Assembly (NCBI GenBank): GCA_964434715.1
Contig: CAYSWC010000001.1
Coordinates: forward strand, 35,037 to 99,036
Origin: an uncultured Candidatus Saccharibacteria bacterium
GTDB lineage: Bacteria > Patescibacteriota > Minisyncoccia > UBA6257 > 1-14-0-10-40-38
Length of the DNA stretch: 64,000 nucleotides
Direction of reading: 5' to 3'
The translations under genes were made by a program, and so were the position numbers. Position 1 is the first letter of the stretch. Every line of letters starts with the position of its first letter. Under the pieces are notes generated by a model. The model saw nothing but the letters and a program-made list of their open reading frames with translations, was not told the origin of the DNA and did no database searches. Of the stretch, positions 8,775 through 17,981 are shown piece by piece.

Positions 8775-9871
8775 TAAAGAGGTTCTGGTTGGTTTTGGGT
8801 GTTTTGGGCCGTGGGTTTGAGGTTGATTTCAAAATCTTGAGAATTATTATCGGTGTCGCAGCCGTTGCCGGAAAACTCCCCCGCTCCTTGGGCTGAAAGA
8901 CAACCACTCTCTTTCCACGCCTTTCTTTCCAAACTCTGATCAACGGGCGGGAGAGGCGCGGCTCCGCCTTCCGGCAACATCAATCCTGAACCAGTACCGT
9001 AAGCCAACCGATCAACAATATTTGGATCATCGGCGCCGGTGATAAACGTCTGATCATTAACTAAGAAAATGGTGGCGCCGGTATTATTCAAGGCCTGACT
9101 CCAAGTCATATCAGCCGGAACTTTATCCTCGTAGTCGCCGGTGCCCACAAGATAAAATGATCGGGCTTTGATCACGGCGCCGCTTAGGAAATTTTTCTTT
9201 ACCACACTGCTGATAGAGCTCGCGCCGCCGGATAAATACTGCAGAGACCAGCCGGAAATATCAACTGTGTCTCCGATTGGATTATAAATTTCAATAAATT
9301 CTTCAGTATCAGAACCAGTCATATCAGCAAAAATTTCGCTAATCACCAAATGAGCCACGCCGCTTAAAGCCGGCGGCGGAGGCGGCGGCTCTGGGGGCGG
9401 TGGAGGTGGTCCGCCAGTTGGCGGAGGTGGGGGTGGTTGAGTTGGCGGAGGTGGTGGCGGTGGCGGGTTTGGAGCTGGCGGAGGAGGAGGTGGGTTTGGC
9501 GGTGGCGGTTCGGCGGAGCTCACCGCAGGCGGTGGCGCCGGCGGAGGCAACGGCTGAACTGCCTGCCCCGAACCTTGCTGAGGGGGTGGCGGGGGTGTTG
9601 CTCTAACTACGCTTACGGCTGAAGCTAATCCAGTTGAGGATTCGGGAGTTCTACTTGTGCTTACGGATAGAAGCGGTTTTGGAGCTGGTTTTTCGGACGC
9701 TGGAGGCGAAACAATTGATTCAGTTTTAGCTTCAACCGGAATTTCGTAAACGAGCTCAAATTGATCTTGAGGCGAGAATTGAACATTGGGGTTATTTTTT
9801 AAAATCAAAAAGCTGCCGCCGAGGATAAAAGCGGCTCCCAAGAAAATCGGAAAAATTAACCGGCTAATCAT
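8774..9871 (-). CDS. Membrane-anchored lamin-tail-domain protein with polyproline linker
   Basis: N-terminal TM, Pro-rich stalk, LVISEI..EFIEIYNP..VDISGWSL and DTDNNSQDF motifs. Confidence 0.85.
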   Translation of the reverse strand: MISRLIFPIFLGAAFILGGSFLILKNNPNVQFSPQDQFELVYEIPVEAKTESIVSPPASEKPAPKPLLSVSTSRTPESSTGLASAVSVVRATPPPPPQQGSGQAVQPLPPPAPPPAVSSAEPPPPNPPPPPPAPNPPPPPPPPTQPPPPPPTGGPPPPPPEPPPPPPALSGVAHLVISEIFADMTGSDTEEFIEIYNPIGDTVDISGWSLQYLSGGASSISSVVKKNFLSGAVIKARSFYLVGTGDYEDKVPADMTWSQALNNTGATIFLVNDQTFITGADDPNIVDRLAYGTGSGLMLPEGGAAPLPPVDQSLERKAWKESGCLSAQGAGEFSGNGCDTDNNSQDFEINLKPTAQNTQNQPEPL

Positions 9872-9876
9872 AAAAA

Positions 9877-10854
9877 TTATTGCTTATTATTTTCGGCCGC
9901 CGGACTGTGCTTTTCACGCTTGAGCAAGTAAGAATAGGCCGCCAAGGCGGCCTTAACCGCGTCGCCGGCCGAGATATTGTTCTGTTTATAGGGATCGTCA
10001 GTAATGTCGCCGGCCGCAAAAATTCCTTCCTCGGAAGTTGTAGCATGTTTGGAGTCAATTATCACCTGTCCCCATTTGTCTAAGTTCACTAAACCTTTGA
10101 CCATTTCCGAATTAGGCACTGAACCGATTTCCACAAAAACACCTTGAACTTCAAGGGTTTTTTCTTGATTGGTTTTGCGGTCAAGATATTTTAAGCCACT
10201 AACCATCTGATCTCCCAAAACTTCTTTGGTTTGGGCATTTAAAATAATTTCCGCTTTGGGATTTTGTTTAATTTTCTCCTGCGTTACCGGATCGCCCTTG
10301 AGCGTATCGGCAAATTCCAGCAAGTAAATTTTCGTCGCGTAAGGGAAAAGATCAATCACGGCTTCTAAACCCGCATTGCCGCCGCCAACCACGGCTACAA
10401 CTTTGCCGGCAAAGATGGGAGCATCGCAGGTGCTGCAAAAAGCAACTCCTTTGCCGTCAAACTGATCTTCGCCCGGGATGCCGAGGCGCCGCCGGCGCGC
10501 GCCGGCTGTCAAAATCACCGCTTTCCCTTGATACTTACTGCCCTGGTCGGTTTCCACTTCAAAGTCGCAGGGACGAGTGCCATTGACGCAGTTTATCTTT
10601 TGAACCTTCACTCCCTTTTCCGGCATTTTAATATCCGCGATGTCTGAAAAAGCTCGGACGTGTTCTTCAAACTTTTTTGCGAGGTCAAACCCTGAAATAT
10701 GCTGTTCGCCAATCCAATTTTGAATATCAGCTGAAACAATAGACTGGCCGCCGAAGGATTCGGTTATTAAAAGAGTTTTAAGTTGCTTACGGGCGGCGTA
10801 AACGGCGGCGGCAGTACCGGCGGGACCACCACCGATTATGATGAGATCGTACAT
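9877..10854 (-). CDS. trxB: Thioredoxin-disulfide reductase (TrxB/AhpF C-terminal type)
   Basis: GGGPAG, CSTCD active site, GGGNAG and GIFAAGD motifs. Confidence 0.88.
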   Translation of the reverse strand: MYDLIIIGGGPAGTAAAVYAARKQLKTLLITESFGGQSIVSADIQNWIGEQHISGFDLAKKFEEHVRAFSDIADIKMPEKGVKVQKINCVNGTRPCDFEVETDQGSKYQGKAVILTAGARRRRLGIPGEDQFDGKGVAFCSTCDAPIFAGKVVAVVGGGNAGLEAVIDLFPYATKIYLLEFADTLKGDPVTQEKIKQNPKAEIILNAQTKEVLGDQMVSGLKYLDRKTNQEKTLEVQGVFVEIGSVPNSEMVKGLVNLDKWGQVIIDSKHATTSEEGIFAAGDITDDPYKQNNISAGDAVKAALAAYSYLLKREKHSPAAENNKQ

Positions 10855-10862
10855 ATAACTTT

Positions 10863-10978
10863 AATTCAAAATTAAAAATTCAAAAATCAAAATGACAATG
10901 TAAAATCTTAAAATGGAGTAGAAATGATTTTAACATTTTGAACTGTCATTTTTAATTTTGAGATTTGCATTTTGAATT
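10863..10978. repeat. Degenerate AT-rich inverted repeat with about 7-nt periodicity
   Basis: Arms of about 52 bp: aattcaaaat..aaaatgaca..ttaaaat and attttaa..tgtcatttt..attttgaatt. Confidence 0.8.
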
Positions 10979-11214
10979 TATTTCAGCCCTAGAGCTCTTT
11001 CTAATTCCGACCGATTAAATCCCACAATAATCTCGCCTTCAATATCAATGACCGGCACGCCTAATTGATGGGATTTTTTTACCATCTCGTCGCGGGCTTT
11101 TTCATCTTGAGCCACGTTATGCTCGGTGTATTGAATATTGTTCTTCCCGAAAAACTCCTTGCTCATCTTGCAGTAGACGCAAGTGGGGGTGGTATAGATG
11201 ATGACTTTTTTCAT
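10978..11214 (-). CDS. Glutaredoxin / NrdH-like redoxin
   Basis: CVYC, GVPVI and IVGF motifs; 78 aa. Confidence 0.92.
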   Translation of the reverse strand: MKKVIIYTTPTCVYCKMSKEFFGKNNIQYTEHNVAQDEKARDEMVKKSHQLGVPVIDIEGEIIVGFNRSELERALGLK

Positions 11215-11390
11215 TTTATTGGTTTATTGTCTTGGCCGAAGATTCCCCAAAGACCGATAAGGGCAATTACGGCGCCGCTTATAATATTACTCCATAAAGC
11301 CGGTGCCAGACTAGAGAAACCCAAAAGCCACGGGGATATCAAAACCCAAATGCCGACAATTATTGATAATCTATATAACCAAATTGACAT
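11211..11390 (-). CDS. SPW-repeat small membrane protein, 59 aa (not in ORF track)
   Basis: Manual translation MSIWLYRLSIIVGIWVLISPWLLGFSSLAPALWSNIISGAVIALIGLWGIFGQDNKPIK*; ATGA overlap with the glutaredoxin. Confidence 0.82.
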   Translation of the reverse strand: MSIWLYRLSIIVGIWVLISPWLLGFSSLAPALWSNIISGAVIALIGLWGIFGQDNKPIK

Positions 11391-11400
11391 AAATAGACTC

Positions 11401-11465
11401 CACGAATATACGAATCTAGCTCGAATATACGAATTCGTATATTCGTGCTCTATTCGAATATTCGG
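11401..11465. repeat. Degenerate periodic inverted repeat (cgaatata units)
   Basis: cgaatatacgaat..cgaatatacgaattcgtatattcg..ttcgaatattcg. Confidence 0.7.
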
Positions 11466-11516
11466 AAAGTCTTCTCTCGACCTGTTTATAATTATAACAT
11501 TTCAAGGTAACGCAAT

Positions 11517-11557
11517 AAAGCAAAACCCCGCACTTATAAAATGCGGGGTTTGCTTTT
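11517..11557 (-). terminator. Intrinsic terminator, possibly bidirectional
   Basis: aaagcaaaaccccgca..tgcggggtttgctttt. Confidence 0.8.
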
Positions 11558-11568
11558 GACTCGAAAAA

Positions 11569-11748
11569 CTATCGGTTAAAGCTGGGACGGCGGAAAGTCT
11601 GACGGCGCTCTCGGTGACAGTCGCGGCAGAGCAGCTGGTCAATTCTTGACGGATCCGGCTCAAACGGCAATTCGGTAATGGCGGTTCCGCATTTGGAACA
11701 CTTCCAGTTGCCCTGATACATCTTTCGAGGTCCTTGGTTAAAATCCAT
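11569..11748 (-). CDS. CxxC-x17-CxxC-like zinc-ribbon protein, 59 aa (not in ORF track)
   Basis: Manual translation MDFNQGPRKMYQGNWKCSKCGTAITELPFEPDPSRIDQLLCRDCHRERRQTFRRPSFNR*; CxxC..LPFEP..CRDC pattern; own promoter and terminator. Confidence 0.88.
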   Translation of the reverse strand: MDFNQGPRKMYQGNWKCSKCGTAITELPFEPDPSRIDQLLCRDCHRERRQTFRRPSFNR

Positions 11749-11937
11749 TTTGCCTCTAATAATTGATTGATAATAATCGCCCTTTCGTTAGTTTTACCGA
11801 TCTCGATAACTCGCTATATCGCTATTTCGATATTTCGATATTTCGAAGTGGCACGAGGCAAAACGGCTTAATAAACCTCTTTTTGACCTCAAATACTAAA
11901 CTAACTAGAGTATAGCTTATAACTTCTAATAATGCAA
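11745..11937 (-). promoter_or_regulatory. Promoter and long structured 5' leader of the zinc-ribbon gene
   Basis: TTGCAT (11937-32), 17 nt, TATACT (11914-09); CCGTTTTGCCTC (11866-55) is complementary to GAGGCAAAATGG (11756-45), which covers the RBS and ATG. Confidence 0.65.
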
Positions 11938-11949
11938 GAGGGGTAGAAC

Positions 11950-12357
11950 TTATGGTCTCGGTTTACAGGGATCATCGCAGTTCCAACTTGAATATATTCC
12001 ATTGAGGGTTTTAATGGATTTACTCTTGCCTTCTCCCGAAGTTTCCACAGTAAATTGACATTTTTTGTTTGAGAAACACCAGCGGGTACAAAATCTTATA
12101 GCATCGGGATCTCCATCCTTATCGCAGTCAACTGGAATTTCACGGGTGTAAGGATTGCCCTGAGAATTACAGTCGCAAAGCGGAGTCGGGGGCGGGGGTT
12201 TCTTTTTTGACGTTGATTGCGAACCCGGGGGACGAAAAGAACCTCCCTGACCCAATAGCAATTCTCTATCAATGCTTGTAAAACTTTCTCTTAAAGAAGA
12301 GAAGCTTAAAAAAACAACTATACCTACTGCTACAATTATTAATAAAGCGCTTTTCAT
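11950..12357 (-). CDS. Hypothetical exported Cys-rich protein
   Basis: N-terminal hydrophobic segment; 8 Cys in the C-terminal half. Confidence 0.65.
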   Translation of the reverse strand: MKSALLIIVAVGIVVFLSFSSLRESFTSIDRELLLGQGGSFRPPGSQSTSKKKPPPPTPLCDCNSQGNPYTREIPVDCDKDGDPDAIRFCTRWCFSNKKCQFTVETSGEGKSKSIKTLNGIYSSWNCDDPCKPRP

Positions 12358-12407
12358 TTTTTACTAATCAGAATATCTTTGCGAACCGACCTTTTTAATA
12401 TTAAATA

Positions 12408-13067
12408 TTAATTTTGTGCTAACGCCTCCTCAATGGCGGCTTTAAAGGCCTCATAGGGCAGGGCGCCGGGGAGATATTTTACAAACTCGCCGCTTACGAT
12501 AAAGTTGCCCGGAGTGCCGGTAACGCCGGCGGCAATACCGTCTTGATAATCTTTCTCTACTTCATCCTTATATTTTCTGGTATCAACGCACGATTTAAAT
12601 TGAGCGGTGTCCAAACCTAATTCTCCCGCCAAGATTGTAAAATCCAAACTGGCCAGCTCTTTTTGTTTTTCAAAAAGCGCGTCGTGATAAGTCCAGTATT
12701 TACCCTGATCCCGGGCGCATTCAGCCGCCTCGGCTGACGGCCGGGCAAAAGGATGAATCTGGTCTAAGGGAAAATCACGATAGACCATTTTGAGTTCTCC
12801 GGTTTTAACGAATTCCTCGCGCAGCTTTCCTTCTGTCTCTTCAAAAAGTTTTAAGCAAAAAGGGCATTGGTAATCTCCGAATTCAATCAGGGTTACCGGC
12901 GCCTTTGGGTCACCCAAGATAACATCATCATCAACTCCGGGAGTTGTATTATTAGTATTGGGATTGGCGTCACCGCCTTTTAAATTGGCACTGTAGATCA
13001 CCGAACCGCCGACAATAACCGCGGCCGCCAAAATACTAATGGCTAAAAAATTGCTTTTTTGTTCCAT
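12408..13067 (-). CDS. DsbA-family thiol:disulfide oxidoreductase
   Basis: EFGDYQCPFC, YRDFPL and GVTGTP motifs; N-terminal anchor. Confidence 0.93.
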   Translation of the reverse strand: MEQKSNFLAISILAAAVIVGGSVIYSANLKGGDANPNTNNTTPGVDDDVILGDPKAPVTLIEFGDYQCPFCLKLFEETEGKLREEFVKTGELKMVYRDFPLDQIHPFARPSAEAAECARDQGKYWTYHDALFEKQKELASLDFTILAGELGLDTAQFKSCVDTRKYKDEVEKDYQDGIAAGVTGTPGNFIVSGEFVKYLPGALPYEAFKAAIEEALAQN

Positions 13068-13083
13068 ACGCTTACGCTACATA

Positions 13084-13179
13084 ATACCAATATACGAATT
13101 AATGCAAATGATACTAATCATACAAATACGAACCGATTAGTATTATTTGTATCATTAGTATGCATTAGTATATTGGTAT
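13084..13179. repeat. Degenerate AT-rich inverted repeat between divergent genes
   Basis: Arms of about 44 bp: ataccaatatacgaat.. and ..attagtatattggtat. Confidence 0.8.
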
Positions 13180-13214
13180 CACATTTATTATCATAATACC
13201 CATTATAGGAAACG

Positions 13215-14549
13215 ATGTTTAGACCAGTCAAGCTCCAGCAATTTACTCTCTTTATAGGAGATATTTTAATCCTTTATCTCTCGCTTTTCCTTACCCTTTT
13301 CATCCGTCACGGCCAGATTACCGAAGAAGTGCGCCGCCTGCATTTCTGGCCCTTTACCATTCTTTTTCTTTTCTGGCTTTTGGTTTTCTACATCACCGGT
13401 TTTTATGAAATCCGGGAGCTTAAAAACAACGCTGATTTCGGCAAAAAATTCTGGCTGGCAATACTCATCAACTTTCTTTTGGCGATCAGCTTTTTCTATT
13501 TTCTCCCCGGCTTCGGCATCACTCCCAAAACCAATTTGTTCATCTTTCTCGTAGTCTTCGGATCGGCGGCCTACGGCTGGAGAACTACCTACAACAACCT
13601 GCTTAACAGCCGGTCGCCGGCGATCAAGATTCTCCTGGTCGGCTACAATCAGACGGCTCAGGAATTAGTCAATCACTTAAATCATCATCCGCAACTGGGC
13701 TACGAAATCAAATTTTGGATGAAGGAGGGACTCGCGGATAAGGAATTCAAGCATCTCTCGCAAATTATTATTGCCAATCAAATCAATCTCATTGTGGTGC
13801 CAGCCCATATAAAAAAGAGCTCGCGGGCGGCGCGGCTGATTTATAAAAATCTGGCTTTAGGGATTGAAGTCGTTGATCTGGCGACTATTTATGAAAATGT
13901 ATTTCATAAAGTGCCGATTGCCGAACTGGAAGAAGTCTGGTTTTTGGAAAATTTGACCAAAAGCCACAAAATCTACGACACGACAAAGCAGCCGATTGAA
14001 ATGATACTGGCGCTATTTTTGGCAGTCATCATCCTGCCGCTCGCACTCCTCATTGCTGTTTTGATCAAAATAACTTCTCCGGGGTCGGCTTTTTTCACCC
14101 AAACGCGGGTGGGGAAAAACGGTCAGATTTTCGTGCTTTGGAAATTCCGAACCATGGTGGCTGATGCGGAAAAATCGGGACCACGCTGGGCCAAGCCCAA
14201 TGACCGCCGGGCAACACCTTTGGGCAAATTGCTTAGGCGCGCCCATTTGGATGAACTGCCGCAACTTTGGAATATTATCCGGGGCGACATTTCGCTTATC
14301 GGTCCGCGGCCGGAACGACCGGAGTTTGTAGCCACTCTAGAGAAAGAAATTCCCTACTATGAACTCCGCCACTTGGTGCTGCCGGGCCTTACCGGCTGGG
14401 CGCAAGTCAATTACCGCTACGGCGCCTCGCTTCACGAAGCTTATGAAAAACTCCAGTATGATATTTATTATTTAAAGAACCGCTCCTTCTGGCTGGATCT
14501 CTTAATTTTTATCCGGACGGTTAAGAGATTTTTTGCGCCCGCGAAATGA
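13215..14549 (+). CDS. Polyprenyl-phosphate glycosylphosphotransferase (priming sugar transferase)
   Basis: KFRTM, LDELPQLWN, GPRPERP, PGLTGWAQV and YDIYY motifs. Confidence 0.95.
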   Translation: MFRPVKLQQFTLFIGDILILYLSLFLTLFIRHGQITEEVRRLHFWPFTILFLFWLLVFYITGFYEIRELKNNADFGKKFWLAILINFLLAISFFYFLPGFGITPKTNLFIFLVVFGSAAYGWRTTYNNLLNSRSPAIKILLVGYNQTAQELVNHLNHHPQLGYEIKFWMKEGLADKEFKHLSQIIIANQINLIVVPAHIKKSSRAARLIYKNLALGIEVVDLATIYENVFHKVPIAELEEVWFLENLTKSHKIYDTTKQPIEMILALFLAVIILPLALLIAVLIKITSPGSAFFTQTRVGKNGQIFVLWKFRTMVADAEKSGPRWAKPNDRRATPLGKLLRRAHLDELPQLWNIIRGDISLIGPRPERPEFVATLEKEIPYYELRHLVLPGLTGWAQVNYRYGASLHEAYEKLQYDIYYLKNRSFWLDLLIFIRTVKRFFAPAK

Positions 14550-14551
14550 GC

Positions 14552-14615
14552 TAATTTATTAATTTACTGATTTATTGGTTTATTAATAAAATAATAAACT
14601 AATAAATTAATAAAT
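14552..14615. repeat. AT-rich 8-nt periodic inverted repeat
   Basis: atttatta/atttactg/atttattg units, then taataaaa/taataaac/taataaat units. Confidence 0.65.
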
Positions 14616-15920
14616 GTGCTTACTCGACTCAAATCTTTTTTGCTCCAAAATACTAGCGTAGAACAGACGGTGGCTAAAAACGCGGTTTGGCTTTTTTTGG
14701 GGCAACTCTTAAGCCGACTTTTCCGGGCGGCGATTGTAATTTATGGAGCCAGAATTTTAGGAGCCGAGTCTTGGGGCGCTTTTTCCTACGCCTTGGGCGT
14801 GGTTACTTTTCTTACTATTTTCTCTGACATCGGCATCAATGCGTTTGTCACGCGGGAGGGGGCGCGTCTTGCCGAGATGAGGAATCAATATCTGGCGACG
14901 GCGTTTTTTATCAAGCTTGGTTTGATTTTAATAATCGCCATTGGAATGATTATTTCCTTTCCTTACCTCTCGCGTATTGCCGAGGCCACGGCTTTACTGC
15001 CAATCCTGATTTTTGTTTTTATCTTTGATACTTTAAGAGACTTAGGTTCGGCGCTCTCTCGGGCCTTGGAACGCATGGAAATTGAAGCCGGCACCCAAGC
15101 ATTTACCAATTTTTCAATCGGCGCTTTGGGGCTGATATTTTTAAGTCTCACGCCGGCGAGCCGCTCTTTAGCTTGGGGTTATGCTTTGGGCAGCGGCTTA
15201 GGACTTATCTCAATTATAATTACACTCCGCTCTTATTTCCGGGAGGTTTTGAAAAATTTTAGGGGCGGCTTGATTAAAACTATTCTCTCCGAAGCCTGGC
15301 CATTTGGTCTCTTGGGCGTCACCGGCATTGTGATGTTAAACATTGATGTGATTATGCTCGGCTGGCTTCGGGCACCGGCCGAGGTTGGTTACTATTCGGC
15401 GGCGCAAAAATTGGTTCAGCTTTTATATGTCTTCCCGGCACTGGTGGCTGCTAGTCTTCTGCCTAGTCTTTCGCGTCTAATTAAAACGGAACCGGCTGTT
15501 GCTAAAAAGAATTTAGAAAAAGCCTCGGCGCTGGTTTTTCTTGCGGCAATTCCTTTAGTCATATTAGGCGTAATTTTAGGCCAGCCGATAATTAAAATAG
15601 TTTTCGGAAGCGAATATGCTCCGTCAATTCTGACTTTTCAAATACTCATGCTCACTATCCTCGTTGTCTATCCTGCTTCAATTTTAGGACACGCCATCTT
15701 TGCCTATAATCAGCAAAAGCAATTTATCTCGTTTGTGCTGACCGCGGTTTTAGGAGACATTGTTTTTAATCTGCTTTTAATTCCGCCTTTTGGGATTGAG
15801 GGCGCTGCTATTTCAACGATATTTACCCAACTGGTGGCCAACTTTTTGATTTGGCAGAAGATGAAAAAAGTTAACGGCCTTAGCATCTGGCCGCAGATTA
15901 AGGGTTGGTTGCGGTCTTAA
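14616..15920 (+). CDS. wzx: Wzx-type oligosaccharide flippase
   Basis: About 12 TM; ARILG, EVGYYSAA and LLIPPFGIEGAA motifs. Confidence 0.9.
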   Translation: MLTRLKSFLLQNTSVEQTVAKNAVWLFLGQLLSRLFRAAIVIYGARILGAESWGAFSYALGVVTFLTIFSDIGINAFVTREGARLAEMRNQYLATAFFIKLGLILIIAIGMIISFPYLSRIAEATALLPILIFVFIFDTLRDLGSALSRALERMEIEAGTQAFTNFSIGALGLIFLSLTPASRSLAWGYALGSGLGLISIIITLRSYFREVLKNFRGGLIKTILSEAWPFGLLGVTGIVMLNIDVIMLGWLRAPAEVGYYSAAQKLVQLLYVFPALVAASLLPSLSRLIKTEPAVAKKNLEKASALVFLAAIPLVILGVILGQPIIKIVFGSEYAPSILTFQILMLTILVVYPASILGHAIFAYNQQKQFISFVLTAVLGDIVFNLLLIPPFGIEGAAISTIFTQLVANFLIWQKMKKVNGLSIWPQIKGWLRS

Positions 15921-15935
15921 AGTTTAAACTTGGGC

Positions 15936-16895
15936 TTACTGACTGGATTGCCGGAGAAGCCTAATTTGTTCAAGTAAAGTCTGTATCTTAGCTTGAATTT
16001 CCTGAATGCTAGACTGGGGGGCAGCGCGCGGAGCCGGAGGTGGAGCTGGAGTCGGAGTCGGAGTTGGCGCTGGAGCAACTGCCGCAGCACTTAATTCGTT
16101 TAACTTCCTTCTGGTATTAGGACCGACCAAGCCGGCACCGAGAGCGCTTCTACTCGTGATAATGCCGTGCTTGAGCTGGAATCTTATAACCGCTTCTCTG
16201 GTGAGGGCTCCGTAAACAATTGTTTCCTTACCGGGCGAACCCGGGCCTGATTGAGCTATCCGTGTAACAGGATCGAAATTTAAGATTTTCTGCAAATCCA
16301 GAACAAACGAACTTCTCATACCCGCTCTTAGCGGCGCCGTAAAGGTTACCCGCGGCAACACAACCGTCACTGCTGGCGGCGGAGGCGCTAAAGCCAAAGG
16401 CGACGGTGGAGGCGGGGGTGGAGGTGGAGGCGGTTGAGAAGGAGGCGGTCCGCCGCCGCCACCGCTCGACGGAGGAGGAGGTGGAGGAGGAGGGGGCGAA
16501 TCGCCGCCGCCGCTACCGCCACCTGGCGGCTGGCAGACAGTGCCGGTTGGGGTTATCGCCATACTACCGCCGCCGTTTAGAGTAAGGGTCGAAGAGGTGC
16601 TTCCGCAATTAAATACTGCACTTATACCAGTGCCGTAAGTATAAGTTGTCTTATCATTAGAAGTGATAACGAAACTAGAAGTTACAGCTGGAGTAAACGT
16701 GCCGCCGGCCACTTCCAATGATTCCATGTTGCCGCTTACGGTAAACTCTAAAGCGCTTCCAGCGGTAACGACCATGGTACTGCCGCTCCCAAATTGAACA
16801 TCACTATCCGCACCGAAGACAAGCTGCGGCACAATCAAAATCAAGCCCAGAAAAATTAGAAGTAAGTTAAAGATTGAAGTCTTAATTAGCTTCAT
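15936..16895 (-). CDS. Exported Pro/Gly-rich protein with peptidoglycan-binding domain
   Basis: Signal peptide, polyproline linker, LQKILN..YGALTREAVIRFQ..GLVGPNTRRKLN. Confidence 0.85.
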   Translation of the reverse strand: MKLIKTSIFNLLLIFLGLILIVPQLVFGADSDVQFGSGSTMVVTAGSALEFTVSGNMESLEVAGGTFTPAVTSSFVITSNDKTTYTYGTGISAVFNCGSTSSTLTLNGGGSMAITPTGTVCQPPGGGSGGGDSPPPPPPPPPSSGGGGGPPPSQPPPPPPPPPPSPLALAPPPPAVTVVLPRVTFTAPLRAGMRSSFVLDLQKILNFDPVTRIAQSGPGSPGKETIVYGALTREAVIRFQLKHGIITSRSALGAGLVGPNTRRKLNELSAAAVAPAPTPTPTPAPPPAPRAAPQSSIQEIQAKIQTLLEQIRLLRQSSQ

Positions 16896-16929
16896 AAAAT
16901 TAAACTAAATGAATTTTTGATGAGCTTGA

Positions 16930-17862
16930 TTACTTAGGACAGGCAACGACTTTTACTGTAAGACCGACTCCAGCATCAATAGCCGTAGCACCTCTGGTAG
17001 CCGTAATAGAAACGCAGCCGCCGCCATCAGTTGATCTAAGTATTATTTGGCCGCCGCCCCCAGCAGCCACATTACCGATGTAGATACTGCCAGTAGCACT
17101 GTTATTGCTGCCTAACCCAAAGACGCTTAGTGTCGGATCTGGATTCCCTCCGGTAAGACCCATAACACCGCCATCCGGAGTGGTGGTAGCGCCGATTGAA
17201 ACTCTGCCGCTCTCACCGTCCATGATGAGCGTTGTTGAAGCCTGGAGCCCGAATTCACTAACCGTGGAAGTGGCAGTTGTTGAAGTCGCATTCAAATAAG
17301 AAGCGGTGATGCCGCCTTCAAAAAGGGCGCCACCGCCAACAGCAAATTCTGCGCCCGGCGAGGTAGTACCAAATCCAGAAGCAGTGCCAGTCGAGGTAGC
17401 CACTATATAATCAGCCCAGACAAAACCATCAAATAGACCAGCGCCACCTACTGCCGCTGCTGCGCCTGGAGTAGTGGTACCAATACCGAGGTTACCAAAT
17501 AGCCAGGAACTGTTAGTTGAAGTAGAAGTGAAGTAATTGGCAGAGACAAAGCCATCGAAGAGACCGACGCCTCTAACGTCTAACTTACCTCCGGGAGTCG
17601 TGGTGCCATGGCCGAAATTGCCACCCAAAATCCAGGAAGTGCCGGTTGAAGTTGAGGTGAAGTAATCGGCCGAAACAAAGCCCTCGAATAGACCCGCACC
17701 TTTGGCACTTACTGCGGCGCCCGGCGTTGATGTCGCTACCCCGACGCTGTCGGTATCAATATAGGTGATGGCTCCGGCCATAAATGCCACTAAAAAGACC
17801 GATAAGACGACTGAAGCAATAAAGGTTAAGATCTGTCGTTTATGAGATAAAATAAATGACAT
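16930..17862 (-). CDS. Exported Ser/Thr/Gly-rich repeat surface protein
   Basis: Four repeats of about 45 aa (GxxTxTPG..GxGLFxGxVxAxYxxxTST); N-terminal signal. Confidence 0.8.
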   Translation of the reverse strand: MSFILSHKRQILTFIASVVLSVFLVAFMAGAITYIDTDSVGVATSTPGAAVSAKGAGLFEGFVSADYFTSTSTGTSWILGGNFGHGTTTPGGKLDVRGVGLFDGFVSANYFTSTSTNSSWLFGNLGIGTTTPGAAAAVGGAGLFDGFVWADYIVATSTGTASGFGTTSPGAEFAVGGGALFEGGITASYLNATSTTATSTVSEFGLQASTTLIMDGESGRVSIGATTTPDGGVMGLTGGNPDPTLSVFGLGSNNSATGSIYIGNVAAGGGGQIILRSTDGGGCVSITATRGATAIDAGVGLTVKVVACPK

Positions 17863-17919
17863 AGTTGTTTGCCTTATTAGTTATTTTCGACCAGGGAAAT
17901 AAAAAAATATCTTTGTATC

Positions 17920-17954
17920 ATTATAGCACAGGTATTGTGGGGGGGTGTGGATAA
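17920..17954 (-). promoter_or_regulatory. Extended -10 promoter with an adjacent perfect DnaA box
   Basis: TGCTATAAT at 17928-20; TTATCCACA at 17954-46. Confidence 0.55.
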
Positions 17955-17981
17955 CTTAGTTTAGTAGCTGAACAAGTAGGT

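Noticed and set aside
11065-11559. 164-aa + strand ORF
   Set aside because: Antisense to the glutaredoxin and SPW genes and runs through a repeat tract.
11770-11870. c-di-GMP or other known riboswitch in the zinc-ribbon leader
   Set aside because: Only a CGAAAG fragment matches and the required stems are not evident. It is kept as an unknown structured leader pending an Rfam search.
979-14615. Periodic intergenic repeats as CRISPR arrays
   Set aside because: Units are 6-9 nt with no constant 25-40-nt repeat, no spacers and no cas genes.
17946-17954. Replication origin
   Set aside because: A single DnaA box, with no box cluster and no dnaA or dnaN nearby.
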